Shown: positions 8,078-16,148 of the stretch, in pieces
How the letters are laid out: each line of letters begins with the position of its first letter
How positions within the stretch are numbered: the stretch's first letter is position 1
From: Abditibacteriaceae bacterium
GTDB taxonomy: Bacteria > Armatimonadota > Abditibacteriia > Abditibacteriales > Abditibacteriaceae
Length of the DNA: 22,998 nt
Assembly: GCA_031425655.1 (NCBI GenBank)
Contig: JANPJS010000151.1
Span: forward strand, 1 to 22,998
Reading direction: 5' to 3'
The notes under the pieces: model-generated
What the model was told of the DNA's origin: nothing
What the model saw: only the letters and a program-made list of their open reading frames with translations
The model's database searches: none
Translations under genes and position numbers: made by a program

Positions 8078-8578
8078 ATGCAAACTCTCGATTATTTCCA
8101 GACTTTGTGCCGCTACAATCGCTGGATGAACGAAAAACTTTACGCCGTCTGTGCCGAAATTCCCGACACGACGCGCAAAGCCGACAAAGGCGCATGGTTT
8201 CGTTCGATGCACGGCACGCTGAACCATTTATTGCTGGCCGACCGCATCTGGCTGGGCCGTTTCACCGCGCAACCGTTCGCCTTTACATCGCTGGCGCAGG
8301 AATTATACGCTGACTTCGATGAATTGCGAAGCCAACGAGCGAAAACCGACGCCGACTTGCAAACATGGCTGGACACAATAAGCGAACAGCAACTGGCCGC
8401 GCCGTTTACTTACACCAACGCGCAAGGACAGCAAGGCACGTTTCCGTTGTGGCTTTTAGTCGCGCACCTTTTCAATCACCAAACGCACCATCGCGGGCAA
8501 CTAACCACGCTTTTGGAGCAATCCGGCTACGATTCCGGCGTCACCGATTTGCTTTTGATGCCCGGCGCGAAGTTATGA
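8078..8578 (+). CDS. DinB family protein
   Basis: YNRWMNEKL, SMHGTLNHLLLADRIWLGRF, HLFNHQTHHRGQLTTLL, GVTDL. Confidence 0.92.
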   Translation: MQTLDYFQTLCRYNRWMNEKLYAVCAEIPDTTRKADKGAWFRSMHGTLNHLLLADRIWLGRFTAQPFAFTSLAQELYADFDELRSQRAKTDADLQTWLDTISEQQLAAPFTYTNAQGQQGTFPLWLLVAHLFNHQTHHRGQLTTLLEQSGYDSGVTDLLLMPGAKL

Positions 8579-8636
8579 ATCAATGCGGCGCTTCTATTTT
8601 GGCGGCAAATTCACGTCGAAACGATAAACTTAAGCT

Positions 8637-8843
8637 ATGAAAAACGGCTGGGTTGAGAAAATAGGCAAAATCAGCGAGATGGATCGCTCGTTCGATATCG
8701 AATTCTGGCAGGCACAAAGCGCCGAAATGCGTTTTGAGGTCGGTTGGCAGTTGGTCGTGGATTACTACGAATTCAAGGGGAAAAATCTCGATGAACTCCG
8801 ACTTCAAAGAACTGTTGAAAATCTTGAGCGAGTTTCACGTTAG
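8637..8843 (+). CDS. Small hypothetical protein, putative antitoxin-like partner of the downstream nucleotidyltransferase
   Basis: 68 aa, with SFDIEFWQAQSAEMRF and RLQRTVE. Overlaps the downstream gene by 53 nt. TAAACT lies 6 nt before the ATG, so the mRNA may be leaderless. Confidence 0.65.
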   Translation: MKNGWVEKIGKISEMDRSFDIEFWQAQSAEMRFEVGWQLVVDYYEFKGKNLDELRLQRTVENLERVSR

Positions 8844-9234
8844 GTTTATGATTATCGGCGGCTACGCTTACATGAATTACGTGGAGCCGCGCTACACCAA
8901 AGACCTCGATTTGTGGATTTCTACCGACCGTTCCAACGCGGAATCAACATTCCAAGCCTTGCGTCATTTTGGCGCGCCGTTGGCGGATGTAACACCTGAT
9001 GATTTCGCCGACCCAAACTGCATTTATCACATGGGCAACGCGCCCGTGCGCGTGGATTTTCTCATGTCCATTCCCGGTGTTGAATTTCAGGATGCGTGGC
9101 TGCGCCGCGTGGAAGTCATAACAGATGGTTTTTCTGTGCCGTTTATTTCCAAAGCTGACCTCATCGTGGCCAAACGCGCTGCCGGACGCCCGCAAGATTT
9201 AGTAGACGCCGACTTGTTGGAACAAGCCCCCTAA
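8791..9234 (+). CDS. Pol-beta-superfamily nucleotidyltransferase (DUF6036/AbiEii-like)
   Basis: IIGGYA...EPRYTKDLDLWI, RVDFL and KRAAGRPQDLVD motifs. AAGGGG lies upstream of ATG 8791. Confidence 0.85.
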   Translation: MNSDFKELLKILSEFHVRFMIIGGYAYMNYVEPRYTKDLDLWISTDRSNAESTFQALRHFGAPLADVTPDDFADPNCIYHMGNAPVRVDFLMSIPGVEFQDAWLRRVEVITDGFSVPFISKADLIVAKRAAGRPQDLVDADLLEQAP

Positions 9235-9262
9235 ACCACCTAAACTGCGGGCGCATTAACAC

Positions 9263-10264
9263 ATGGAAGCACAAATCCAAGAACTCGAAACGCGCGGCGC
9301 ACAGCGCATCGCCGCCGCGCAAAACCTGACGCAGCTTAACGAAGAGCGCATCGCTCTGACCGGCAAAAAAGGCGAGCTTACGGCGCTTCTGCGCGGTTTG
9401 GGCGGCTTGTCCTCCGAAGAGCGACCGCGCGCCGGACAACTGATTAACCAGCTCAAAGAGCGCCTCGAAAGCGCATTGGCCTCGCGCGAAGCCGAACTCA
9501 AACGCGCCGCGCAGAATACCGCACTGGCCGCCGAAACCATTGACGTAACGCTGCCCGCCCCCCACTTGGCGCTCGGACGGCGCCATCCGCTCATGCAAAC
9601 GTGGGACGAAATCGTGCGTATCTTCGCCGGTTTGGGCTACGGCGTCGCCGAAGGGCCGGAAGTCGAAACCAATCATTATAATTTCGATGCGCTCAACATC
9701 GGCCCCGATCATCCAGCGCGGGCCGAAAAAGATTCGCTTTTCGCGGGCGACGATTTGGTGCTTCGCACCGAAACCAGTGCGGTGCAAATTCGCGTCATGG
9801 AAAGCCAGAATCCACCCGTGAAAATCATCGCGCCGGGCCGCGTTTATCGCCGCGACGCCGTTGACCGCACTCACTCGGCGATTTTTCATCAAGTCGAGGG
9901 TTTGATTGTGGACGAAGGCATCACATTCGGCGACCTCAAAGGCACTTTAACCGAAGCTCTGCAACAACTTTTCGAGGGTGCGGCGGGCACCGGCGGCAAC
10001 TTGCAAACGCGTTTTCGCCCTCATTATTTCCCGTTTACCGAGCCGAGCGCCGAATTCGATGTGTGGTTCAATGGCAAATGGCTCGAACTCGGCGGCTGCG
10101 GCATGGTGCATCCTCAAGTTCTCGAAGGCGTCGGCTACGATTCGGAAAAATACACCGGCTTCGCGTTCGGCTTCGGCATCGAACGCATGGCCATGATTAA
10201 ATTCGCTATTGACGACATCCGCGCTTTCTACGAAAACGACCTGCGCTTCCTCAACCAATTTTGA
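9263..10264 (+). CDS. pheS: Phenylalanine--tRNA ligase alpha subunit
   Basis: GKKGELT, HPL, YNFDALN..DHPAR, LRTETSAVQIR, FHQVEG, RFRPHYFPFTEPSAE, GCGMVHP, GFAFGFGIER. Confidence 0.99.
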   Translation: MEAQIQELETRGAQRIAAAQNLTQLNEERIALTGKKGELTALLRGLGGLSSEERPRAGQLINQLKERLESALASREAELKRAAQNTALAAETIDVTLPAPHLALGRRHPLMQTWDEIVRIFAGLGYGVAEGPEVETNHYNFDALNIGPDHPARAEKDSLFAGDDLVLRTETSAVQIRVMESQNPPVKIIAPGRVYRRDAVDRTHSAIFHQVEGLIVDEGITFGDLKGTLTEALQQLFEGAAGTGGNLQTRFRPHYFPFTEPSAEFDVWFNGKWLELGGCGMVHPQVLEGVGYDSEKYTGFAFGFGIERMAMIKFAIDDIRAFYENDLRFLNQF

Positions 10265-10355
10265 AATAAACCGCGAAATCCGCGCACAACGTCCGCGTGC
10301 ATAGCCCGCGTTCCATTCAGTGTCCCGCTTCAATCCCAACTGACAACTCTGCATC

Positions 10356-12395
10356 ATGAGAATCTCAACCGAATGGCTTAACGAATACGTTGCTACGCCG
10401 CCCGATGCTGAACTCGAACACGTTTTCGAGATGGCCGGAATTGGTGTGGAAAATCACGAAAACGGCGTGTGGACGCTGGAAATTACCTCGAATCGCGGCG
10501 ATTGGCTGTCGGCGCAGGGTTTGGCGCGCGAAATTTCAGCGATGACCGGCGCATCGCTGAAAACTACGCAACCAGACATCGTCGCAACCGGCTTTGAAAG
10601 CGGCGAAGCGACGAGCGCGGCCATCCGGGTGGAAATCGAAGACGCCGACGACTGCGCGCATTACGTCGCGCGGATTATTGAAGGCGTGCAAATCGGGCCG
10701 TCGCCGGATTGGATGCAAAAACGCCTCGTCGAGTGCGGAATGCGGCCCATCAACAACGTGGTGGACGTGACCAATTACGTCATGCTGGAAACCGGCCAGC
10801 CGTTGCACGCCTTCGACGCCGACACGCTACGCGGCGATACAATCATCGTGCGACGCGCGCAAAGCGGTGAAAAACTGGTGACATTAGACGAAACCGAGCG
10901 CGAACTCGACGACGAAGTGCTGCTTATCACCGACGAATCCGGGCCAATCGGCATTGCGGGCATCATGGGCGGGCACAACAGCGAGGTGACGGAGCGCACC
11001 ACGCGCATTTTTTTAGAAAGCGCTCATTTTTCGCCGACACGCACACGGCGCGGCGCGCGAGCGCTGAATCTCCGCACCGAAGCCAGCCGCCGCTTCGAGC
11101 GTTGGGTTGACCCCAATAGCGTGCTGCGCTGCGCCGACCGCGCCGCGCGATTATTGGCCGAATGTTGTGGCGGGCGCATCGCGCCGGGCGTGACGGACGT
11201 GTGTTCGCGCATCGTTGACCCGGCACTCGTGACGCTGCGCTTCGCGCGCTGCCGCGCGATTTTAGGACTCGATTTAAGCGAGGACGAAGTCGTTTCCGCC
11301 TTACAACGCTTGGGTTTTGAAGTCGAACCGGCGGAGGAGAGCGCGACGGTTTCGATTCCAACATGGCGGCGCGACATTGAGCGTGAAATTGACCTCATCG
11401 AAGAAGTGGCGCGCATTCACGGCTACGACAAAATTCCGACGACGCTGCCCAAAAACTCTGTTCCCGGCGCCGGACTCAACGCCGCGCAACGCTTGCAGCA
11501 AGCGGCACGCGCTACCCTGCTCGGCTGTGGCTTGAACGAAATCGTGACTTATTCGCTGGAAAACAGCGCCGCCACACAGCGCGCCGGTTTGACGCAAGAA
11601 GCACCCGCCGTAACGCTGCGAAACCCTCTGACCGAAGACTACACGCAGCTTCGCACCTCGCTCATTCCATCGCTGCTGAACGTGCTGTCCAACAATGCGC
11701 GAACGCGCGCCGGAATTTTTGAAATCGGCAAAGTCTTCGCCTCGAAGCACGAATTGCAGCCCGACGAGCCGCTTAAAATCGGCATTGCCCTGCTGGACGC
11801 GCCTGTTGAGCCGCATTGGCGCAAAGAAACGCCGACCGCCGATTTCTTCGCGCTCAAAGCGGTCGTCGAAACGCTGCTTTCGGCTTTAGGCGCGCCCGGC
11901 GGCGATTATCGCCCGGCGCTTCATCCCTCGTTGCATCCCGGTCGCTGCGCCGAAATCGTGCTGGACGGCGAAACGCTCGGCATTATCGGCGAAGTGCATC
12001 CCGACGTGCGCGAAAACTACAATCTCAAGTCGCGCGCGGTGCTGGCGCAGCTCGATTGGGCCATTTTAGCGAACCACGCGCAGCCATCGCGCACCGCGCA
12101 AACGGTTTCGCGCTTCCCGGCCAGCGACCGCGATTTAGCTTTGGTCTTAAATTATGAAGTGCCTGCCGCGCGTGTCGAAAAAGCCGCGCGCGAGGCGGCG
12201 GGAGCCTTGCTGGAAAGTGTGCGCGTTTTCGATGTTTATACGGGTTCGCCGATTCCCGAAGGCCAGAAAAGCCTTGCCATTTCGCTTCGCTTTCGCGCAA
12301 AAGAACGCACTTTAACCGACGCCGAAGTGGACGAAGCCATGACCAAAGTGCGCGCCGCAACCGAAAGCACGCTCGGCGCACAGGTGCGAAGTTGA
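10356..12395 (+). CDS. pheT: Phenylalanine--tRNA ligase beta subunit, short form without the B2 domain
   Basis: EITSNRGD, B3/4 RPINNVVDVTNYVMLETGQPLHAFD, B5 WRRDIEREIDLIEEVARIHGYD, C-terminal FDX-ACB RFPASDRDLA...FDVY.G...KSLA. 679 aa. Confidence 0.98.
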   Translation: MRISTEWLNEYVATPPDAELEHVFEMAGIGVENHENGVWTLEITSNRGDWLSAQGLAREISAMTGASLKTTQPDIVATGFESGEATSAAIRVEIEDADDCAHYVARIIEGVQIGPSPDWMQKRLVECGMRPINNVVDVTNYVMLETGQPLHAFDADTLRGDTIIVRRAQSGEKLVTLDETERELDDEVLLITDESGPIGIAGIMGGHNSEVTERTTRIFLESAHFSPTRTRRGARALNLRTEASRRFERWVDPNSVLRCADRAARLLAECCGGRIAPGVTDVCSRIVDPALVTLRFARCRAILGLDLSEDEVVSALQRLGFEVEPAEESATVSIPTWRRDIEREIDLIEEVARIHGYDKIPTTLPKNSVPGAGLNAAQRLQQAARATLLGCGLNEIVTYSLENSAATQRAGLTQEAPAVTLRNPLTEDYTQLRTSLIPSLLNVLSNNARTRAGIFEIGKVFASKHELQPDEPLKIGIALLDAPVEPHWRKETPTADFFALKAVVETLLSALGAPGGDYRPALHPSLHPGRCAEIVLDGETLGIIGEVHPDVRENYNLKSRAVLAQLDWAILANHAQPSRTAQTVSRFPASDRDLALVLNYEVPAARVEKAAREAAGALLESVRVFDVYTGSPIPEGQKSLAISLRFRAKERTLTDAEVDEAMTKVRAATESTLGAQVRS

Positions 12396-12440
12396 TAACT
12401 CACGGAGAGAACGCAGAGGGCGCAGAGAATTGAATTCTCT
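12396..12440. repeat. Left part of a CGCAGAG 9-mer repeat element (full left arm, truncated right arm)
   Basis: TAACT-CACGGAGAG-AACGCAGAG-GGCGCAGAG-AATTGAATTCTCT immediately after the pheT stop. Confidence 0.7.
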
Positions 12441-13655
12441 ATGCCGCTGACTATCTGTCTACAAAATAAGCTCATGCGAAGAAGCCGCATTGCATATTCT
12501 TTAATAATCTCGTTGCCTGCCGTCTTGTTCGTTGTCATTGGTGCGACTCAAGAACGTAGAACATGGCTGCCACGCACGACGAGCGTCTCTGTTCCGGGAA
12601 ATGTTAGCCTTTTTCAATTTACTCCCGACAGCCAGAAAATTGGGGTTGACGGTTGTTATACACCTCCTTTTGAAGAAACGATTTGTAGCGACATCACTCT
12701 TTTCGACACTCAAAATCTAAATCGTCAGCGCAGTGAATCAACGGACAAGAGGCAATCTCTATTTGAGCCGCATAGCTTAATTGCCACGCAAAATAGTGCG
12801 GGAACAATTATGCTCCAGCGCGCAGGCACTGGTAAATTGTTACGATCATGGCGCTCGTTTAAACCTCAAAGCCAGTCCTCTGAGTTCACATTCTCCGCAG
12901 ATTGGCAGATTTTAGCAGAACTCCGCAAAAACAAAGATCCACTTGATAAAAAACCACTTCCTACTTCTTTAGTATTGTGGAACACAAACGACGGCACTCC
13001 GCGCGGCAAGCTAATCCTGCCCGAAGCAGATTATTGGAACTCTCCATCTTGGATAGCTGCCAATGGCAAAATGGTAGCTTTTGAGGGCGGAACTTCCGGT
13101 CATTCAGAGGTGCGCTGTTTTGATATGGCAACTGGGCAAGAGTGGATTCAAGACCGCTATAACGGAATTACAGATTCAATTGACATAGAAACAAAGCGAG
13201 GTTTATTGGCCTGCATTCACGAAGCGCAAAGCTCCGCCGTTCTCTATGATATGAATACCGGCAAAGGCTTGTGGCACAAAAAAACTACAGGCAACGCAAG
13301 CATTACGTTTAATCCTGATGGCACAATGTTGGCTTTGAGTGATTCCAAAGCCGGAAAAATTTGGCTTTTAGCTACGAAGACTGGAGCAATCCAGCACACA
13401 CTGGCTATGGAGATAAATCAAGAAAAAAGCAATCAAACTCGTATTAGAACCATGTTCTCGCCTGACGGCAAAACACTTGTGGTTATCAGTGCCGACGACA
13501 AAAAGATTTCGCTTTGGGATACTGCGATAGGAAAACTGCTCCGCCGCTTGCCTTATAATGGTTCAGCGATTTGGGGCATTAACGTTTCACCTGACGGAAC
13601 AACTTTGGCTACGTTGAGCGATAACCTAATTCTTTCTCTCTGGCGCCTCAAATAA
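12441..13655 (+). CDS. Membrane-anchored WD40/YVTN beta-propeller protein (AT-rich)
   Basis: N-terminal hydrophobic segment IAYSLIISLPAVLFVVIG. Blade motifs FTPDSQK, FNPDGTMLA, FSPDGKTL..ISLWD, VSPDGTTLA..LSLWR. The start could be 12474. Sampled 60-nt lines are 37-42% GC versus 68% in a pheT line. Confidence 0.85.
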   Translation: MPLTICLQNKLMRRSRIAYSLIISLPAVLFVVIGATQERRTWLPRTTSVSVPGNVSLFQFTPDSQKIGVDGCYTPPFEETICSDITLFDTQNLNRQRSESTDKRQSLFEPHSLIATQNSAGTIMLQRAGTGKLLRSWRSFKPQSQSSEFTFSADWQILAELRKNKDPLDKKPLPTSLVLWNTNDGTPRGKLILPEADYWNSPSWIAANGKMVAFEGGTSGHSEVRCFDMATGQEWIQDRYNGITDSIDIETKRGLLACIHEAQSSAVLYDMNTGKGLWHKKTTGNASITFNPDGTMLALSDSKAGKIWLLATKTGAIQHTLAMEINQEKSNQTRIRTMFSPDGKTLVVISADDKKISLWDTAIGKLLRRLPYNGSAIWGINVSPDGTTLATLSDNLILSLWRLK

Positions 13656-13713
13656 CATAGAAAAAGCGCAGAGAATTTTATATTTCTCTGCGCTCTTTGC
13701 ACCTCTGCGGTTA
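13653..13713. repeat. Right part of a CGCAGAG repeat element (degenerate left arm, full right arm)
   Basis: AGCGCAGAGAA-TTTTATAT-TTCTCTGCGCT-CTTTGCACCTCTGCGGTTA between convergent stop codons. Confidence 0.75.
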
Positions 13714-13714
13714 A

Positions 13715-14095
13715 TTATTTCCGGCGCGTGCCTGTCGCCAGCAAGCCGATAAGCGTTAGCGCGCTGAGCGCAGTCATGCCCATCGCGCGCTTTTTGGCGC
13801 TTTCGCGTTTCTTCGCTGCAGCTTCGGAACTGGTGGTCGTGCTGTTCGTCGCAGGCGCGCTGGAATCACTTAAACCTTGAAGGAAAAAAGCGCCGACGTT
13901 GAGAACCACGACAATCGCTAAGGGCAGCGCCCAGCTTTTGCGCTGTTGAAAGCCGCGCCCGGCAGCGGTGCAAAGCGCGCCGCCGCCCACGCCGGCGATG
14001 AGCGAAGCCATGCTGCCTGCCATCGCAAAGCCCATAATGCCGCCTAAAACCAGCAAAGCACCGTAAACAAAGCAAATCATTGCGGGAGTTTTCAT
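13715..14095 (-). CDS. TMEM14 family membrane protein
   Basis: YGALLVLGGIMGF..AGSMASLIAGVGGG signature and about four hydrophobic segments. Confidence 0.85.
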   Translation of the reverse strand: MKTPAMICFVYGALLVLGGIMGFAMAGSMASLIAGVGGGALCTAAGRGFQQRKSWALPLAIVVVLNVGAFFLQGLSDSSAPATNSTTTSSEAAAKKRESAKKRAMGMTALSALTLIGLLATGTRRK

Positions 14096-14146
14096 AAAGT
14101 CAAATCCTTGAGGCGCAACAGAAAGGAAAGGCGTCGCGCCCCCTCC

Positions 14147-14175
14147 ATTTTCACCGCTTGGTGTCGCGCGGTCAA
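14147..14175 (-). promoter_or_regulatory. Candidate sigma70 promoter for the TMEM14 gene
   Basis: Minus strand TTGACC-N17-GAAAAT. Confidence 0.4.
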
Positions 14176-14178
14176 CAG

Positions 14179-15645
14179 TTAAGCGAGGAGCGCTTTCACC
14201 ACGTTGCCATGCACGTCGGTCAGACGGAAATCGCGGCCCGCGTAGCGATATGTCAGTTTGGTGTGGTCGAAGCCGAGCAACTGCAAAATCGTGGCGTGTA
14301 GGTCGTGAACGTGAACCGGCTTATCTTGCGCTGCAAAGCCGAATTCGTCGGTCGCGCCGTAAACCGTGCCGCCTTTGACGCCGCCGCCTGCCATCCACAT
14401 CGTGAAACCGTGATGATTGTGGTCGCGGCCATTCATTTTACCGGCGTTGGCGCCCGGCGTCGGCAGTTCGACAACCGGAGTGCGCCCAAATTCGCCGCCC
14501 CAAATGACAAGAGTTTCTTCCAGCATTCCAAGCCGTTTCAAGTCGGTTAAAAGCGCGGCGATGGGTTTATCGGACTGATTCGCCAGACTGCGATGGCCGC
14601 TTTCGATGTCGTCGTGATTGTCCCACGGTTGCCCGGCGCCGTGATAAAGCTGGATAAAGCGCACGCCGCGTTCGGCCAAGCGCCGCGAAATTAAGCAGGC
14701 CCGCGCGAAATCGCCGCCGCCATACATCGCTTTCGTCTCTGCCGATTCTTTGTCCACATCGAAGGCATCGGTCGCGTCCGATTGCATCCGATAGGCTAAT
14801 TCAAACGATTGGATGCGCGATTCCAACTGCCCGTCGTTTTGGCGCTGTTTCAGGTGCCGCGCGTTGAGTTGCTGCACCAAATCGAGCTGCGCACGTTGGT
14901 CGTCGGTCGTTAAATTATGGTTCCGCACGTTGGAAACCAGTTTCTCGATGTCGGTGTGCTTTGGGTCAATGTAAGTGCCCGCTAAAACTCCCGGCAAAAA
15001 GCCCGACTGCCAGTTTTGCGTTTCCTGAATCGGATATCCGCCCGGACACATGGCGATAAAACCCGGCAAATTCTGGTTTTCGGTGCCCAGTCCGTAAGTC
15101 ACCCACGAACCCATGCTGGGCCGCACCAAACGCGCTTCGCCGCAGTTCATTAAAAGCAGCGACGGCTCGTGGTTAGGCACATCGGCGTGCATCGAGCGAA
15201 TAATGCACATATCGTCAACGTGCTTGGCGACGTTGGGAAAAATGTCGCTGACTTCGATTCCGCTTTGCCCGTGCTTGGCAAATTTAAACGGCGACGGCAA
15301 AGCGTTGCCGGTTTTGCGCTCTGTTCGCAAATCCAGCGGAATCGGCTTGCCCGCATATTCCAGCAATTTCGGTTTGGGGTCGAAAGTATCCACTTGCGAC
15401 GGCCCGCCGTTCATAAAGAGGAAAATAACGCGCTTGGCTTTGGCCGGAAACTGCGGCGCGTGCGGCGCCAGCGGGCTTTGCGCCATCGCCGCATTAGTGC
15501 CGGAAGCCGCATTGACGGTCGCCGCCAACGCTTGCGGCCCGGCCACGCCCGCTAATCCGAGCATTGCGAAGCCGTTGCCCATGCGCGAGAGAAACTCGCG
15601 GCGCGTTAAAAAGTGTTCGTCCAGACGGGGTTTATGATGCGACAT
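14179..15645 (-). CDS. DUF1501 domain protein (sulfatase-like), Tat-exported
   Basis: TRREFL Tat motif, AKRVIFLFMNGGPSQVDTFDPKP, GSWVTYGLGTENQNLPGF, ERGVRF, GEFGRTP, GRDHN, RDFRLTDVHG. Confidence 0.95.
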   Translation of the reverse strand: MSHHKPRLDEHFLTRREFLSRMGNGFAMLGLAGVAGPQALAATVNAASGTNAAMAQSPLAPHAPQFPAKAKRVIFLFMNGGPSQVDTFDPKPKLLEYAGKPIPLDLRTERKTGNALPSPFKFAKHGQSGIEVSDIFPNVAKHVDDMCIIRSMHADVPNHEPSLLLMNCGEARLVRPSMGSWVTYGLGTENQNLPGFIAMCPGGYPIQETQNWQSGFLPGVLAGTYIDPKHTDIEKLVSNVRNHNLTTDDQRAQLDLVQQLNARHLKQRQNDGQLESRIQSFELAYRMQSDATDAFDVDKESAETKAMYGGGDFARACLISRRLAERGVRFIQLYHGAGQPWDNHDDIESGHRSLANQSDKPIAALLTDLKRLGMLEETLVIWGGEFGRTPVVELPTPGANAGKMNGRDHNHHGFTMWMAGGGVKGGTVYGATDEFGFAAQDKPVHVHDLHATILQLLGFDHTKLTYRYAGRDFRLTDVHGNVVKALLA

Positions 15646-15647
15646 AA

Positions 15648-15914
15648 TTATTCTTTGGCGGGAGACAGTCGGCGTAGTTCTTCAGAGATTTGGAGACGCA
15701 GTTCCAGCTTGATCTTTTCGATGTCGCGTTCGCGCAATTCGCGCTCGTGCTGGAGCGCTTGGCGAAGCAGGTCGTTTTCGGCGGCCAGCGTTTGCAAGGC
15801 CCGAATGATTCGCCGGTCGCTCTCCTGCAATTCGTCAATGGCACCACTGTGAGCCTCAACTTTCTTGCCGGCGTCCCACATCATGTGAAACCAGCCGATT
15901 AATCTTTCCCACAT
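15648..15914 (-). CDS. Small coiled-coil hypothetical protein (88 aa)
   Basis: Amphipathic N-terminus MWERLIGWFHMMW followed by a charged heptad pattern. GGAG upstream. Overlaps the upstream ORF and ends 2 nt before the DUF1501 start. Confidence 0.7.
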   Translation of the reverse strand: MWERLIGWFHMMWDAGKKVEAHSGAIDELQESDRRIIRALQTLAAENDLLRQALQHERELRERDIEKIKLELRLQISEELRRLSPAKE

Positions 15915-16096
15915 GAAAGTCGTTGCTCCAATTCATCCAAAGCGCGCCGATTTGCCTGTCCGGTGCGTTGTGCGCGCTCCATACTTCGCTCCGAAGCGCG
16001 CAGCATTTCACCCGTTTCTTGTAACAATCGGTCAGCCTCAGCCAGAAAGTCTTTGCGCGTCATGCGTTTGGCGCCGGTTAAAGTCTTCGATTCCAT
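15899..16096 (-). CDS. Small helical hypothetical protein (65 aa)
   Basis: Strong SD GAGGTG before the ATG. Charged helical composition. Overlaps the next gene by 16 nt. Confidence 0.65.
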   Translation of the reverse strand: MESKTLTGAKRMTRKDFLAEADRLLQETGEMLRASERSMERAQRTGQANRRALDELEQRLSCGKD

Positions 16097-16148
16097 AACT
16101 TCACCTCACTCTTTTCAATTTTATCAGTTCCCGAAATTAAATTCGGTC

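Noticed and set aside
7407..8195. 262-aa minus-strand ORF and similar long antisense ORFs (9161-9892, 16608-17288, 19386-20129, 20849-21490)
   Set aside because: These are shadows of well-supported genes on the opposite strand in high-GC DNA, with no protein motifs.
9235..9262. T-box or PheM attenuator before pheS
   Set aside because: Only 28 nt are available, with no T-box motif and no Phe-rich leader peptide.
10265..10355. Four CCGCG occurrences in the pheS-pheT spacer
   Set aside because: Spacing is irregular, there is no convincing hairpin, and such matches are expected by chance in GC-rich DNA.
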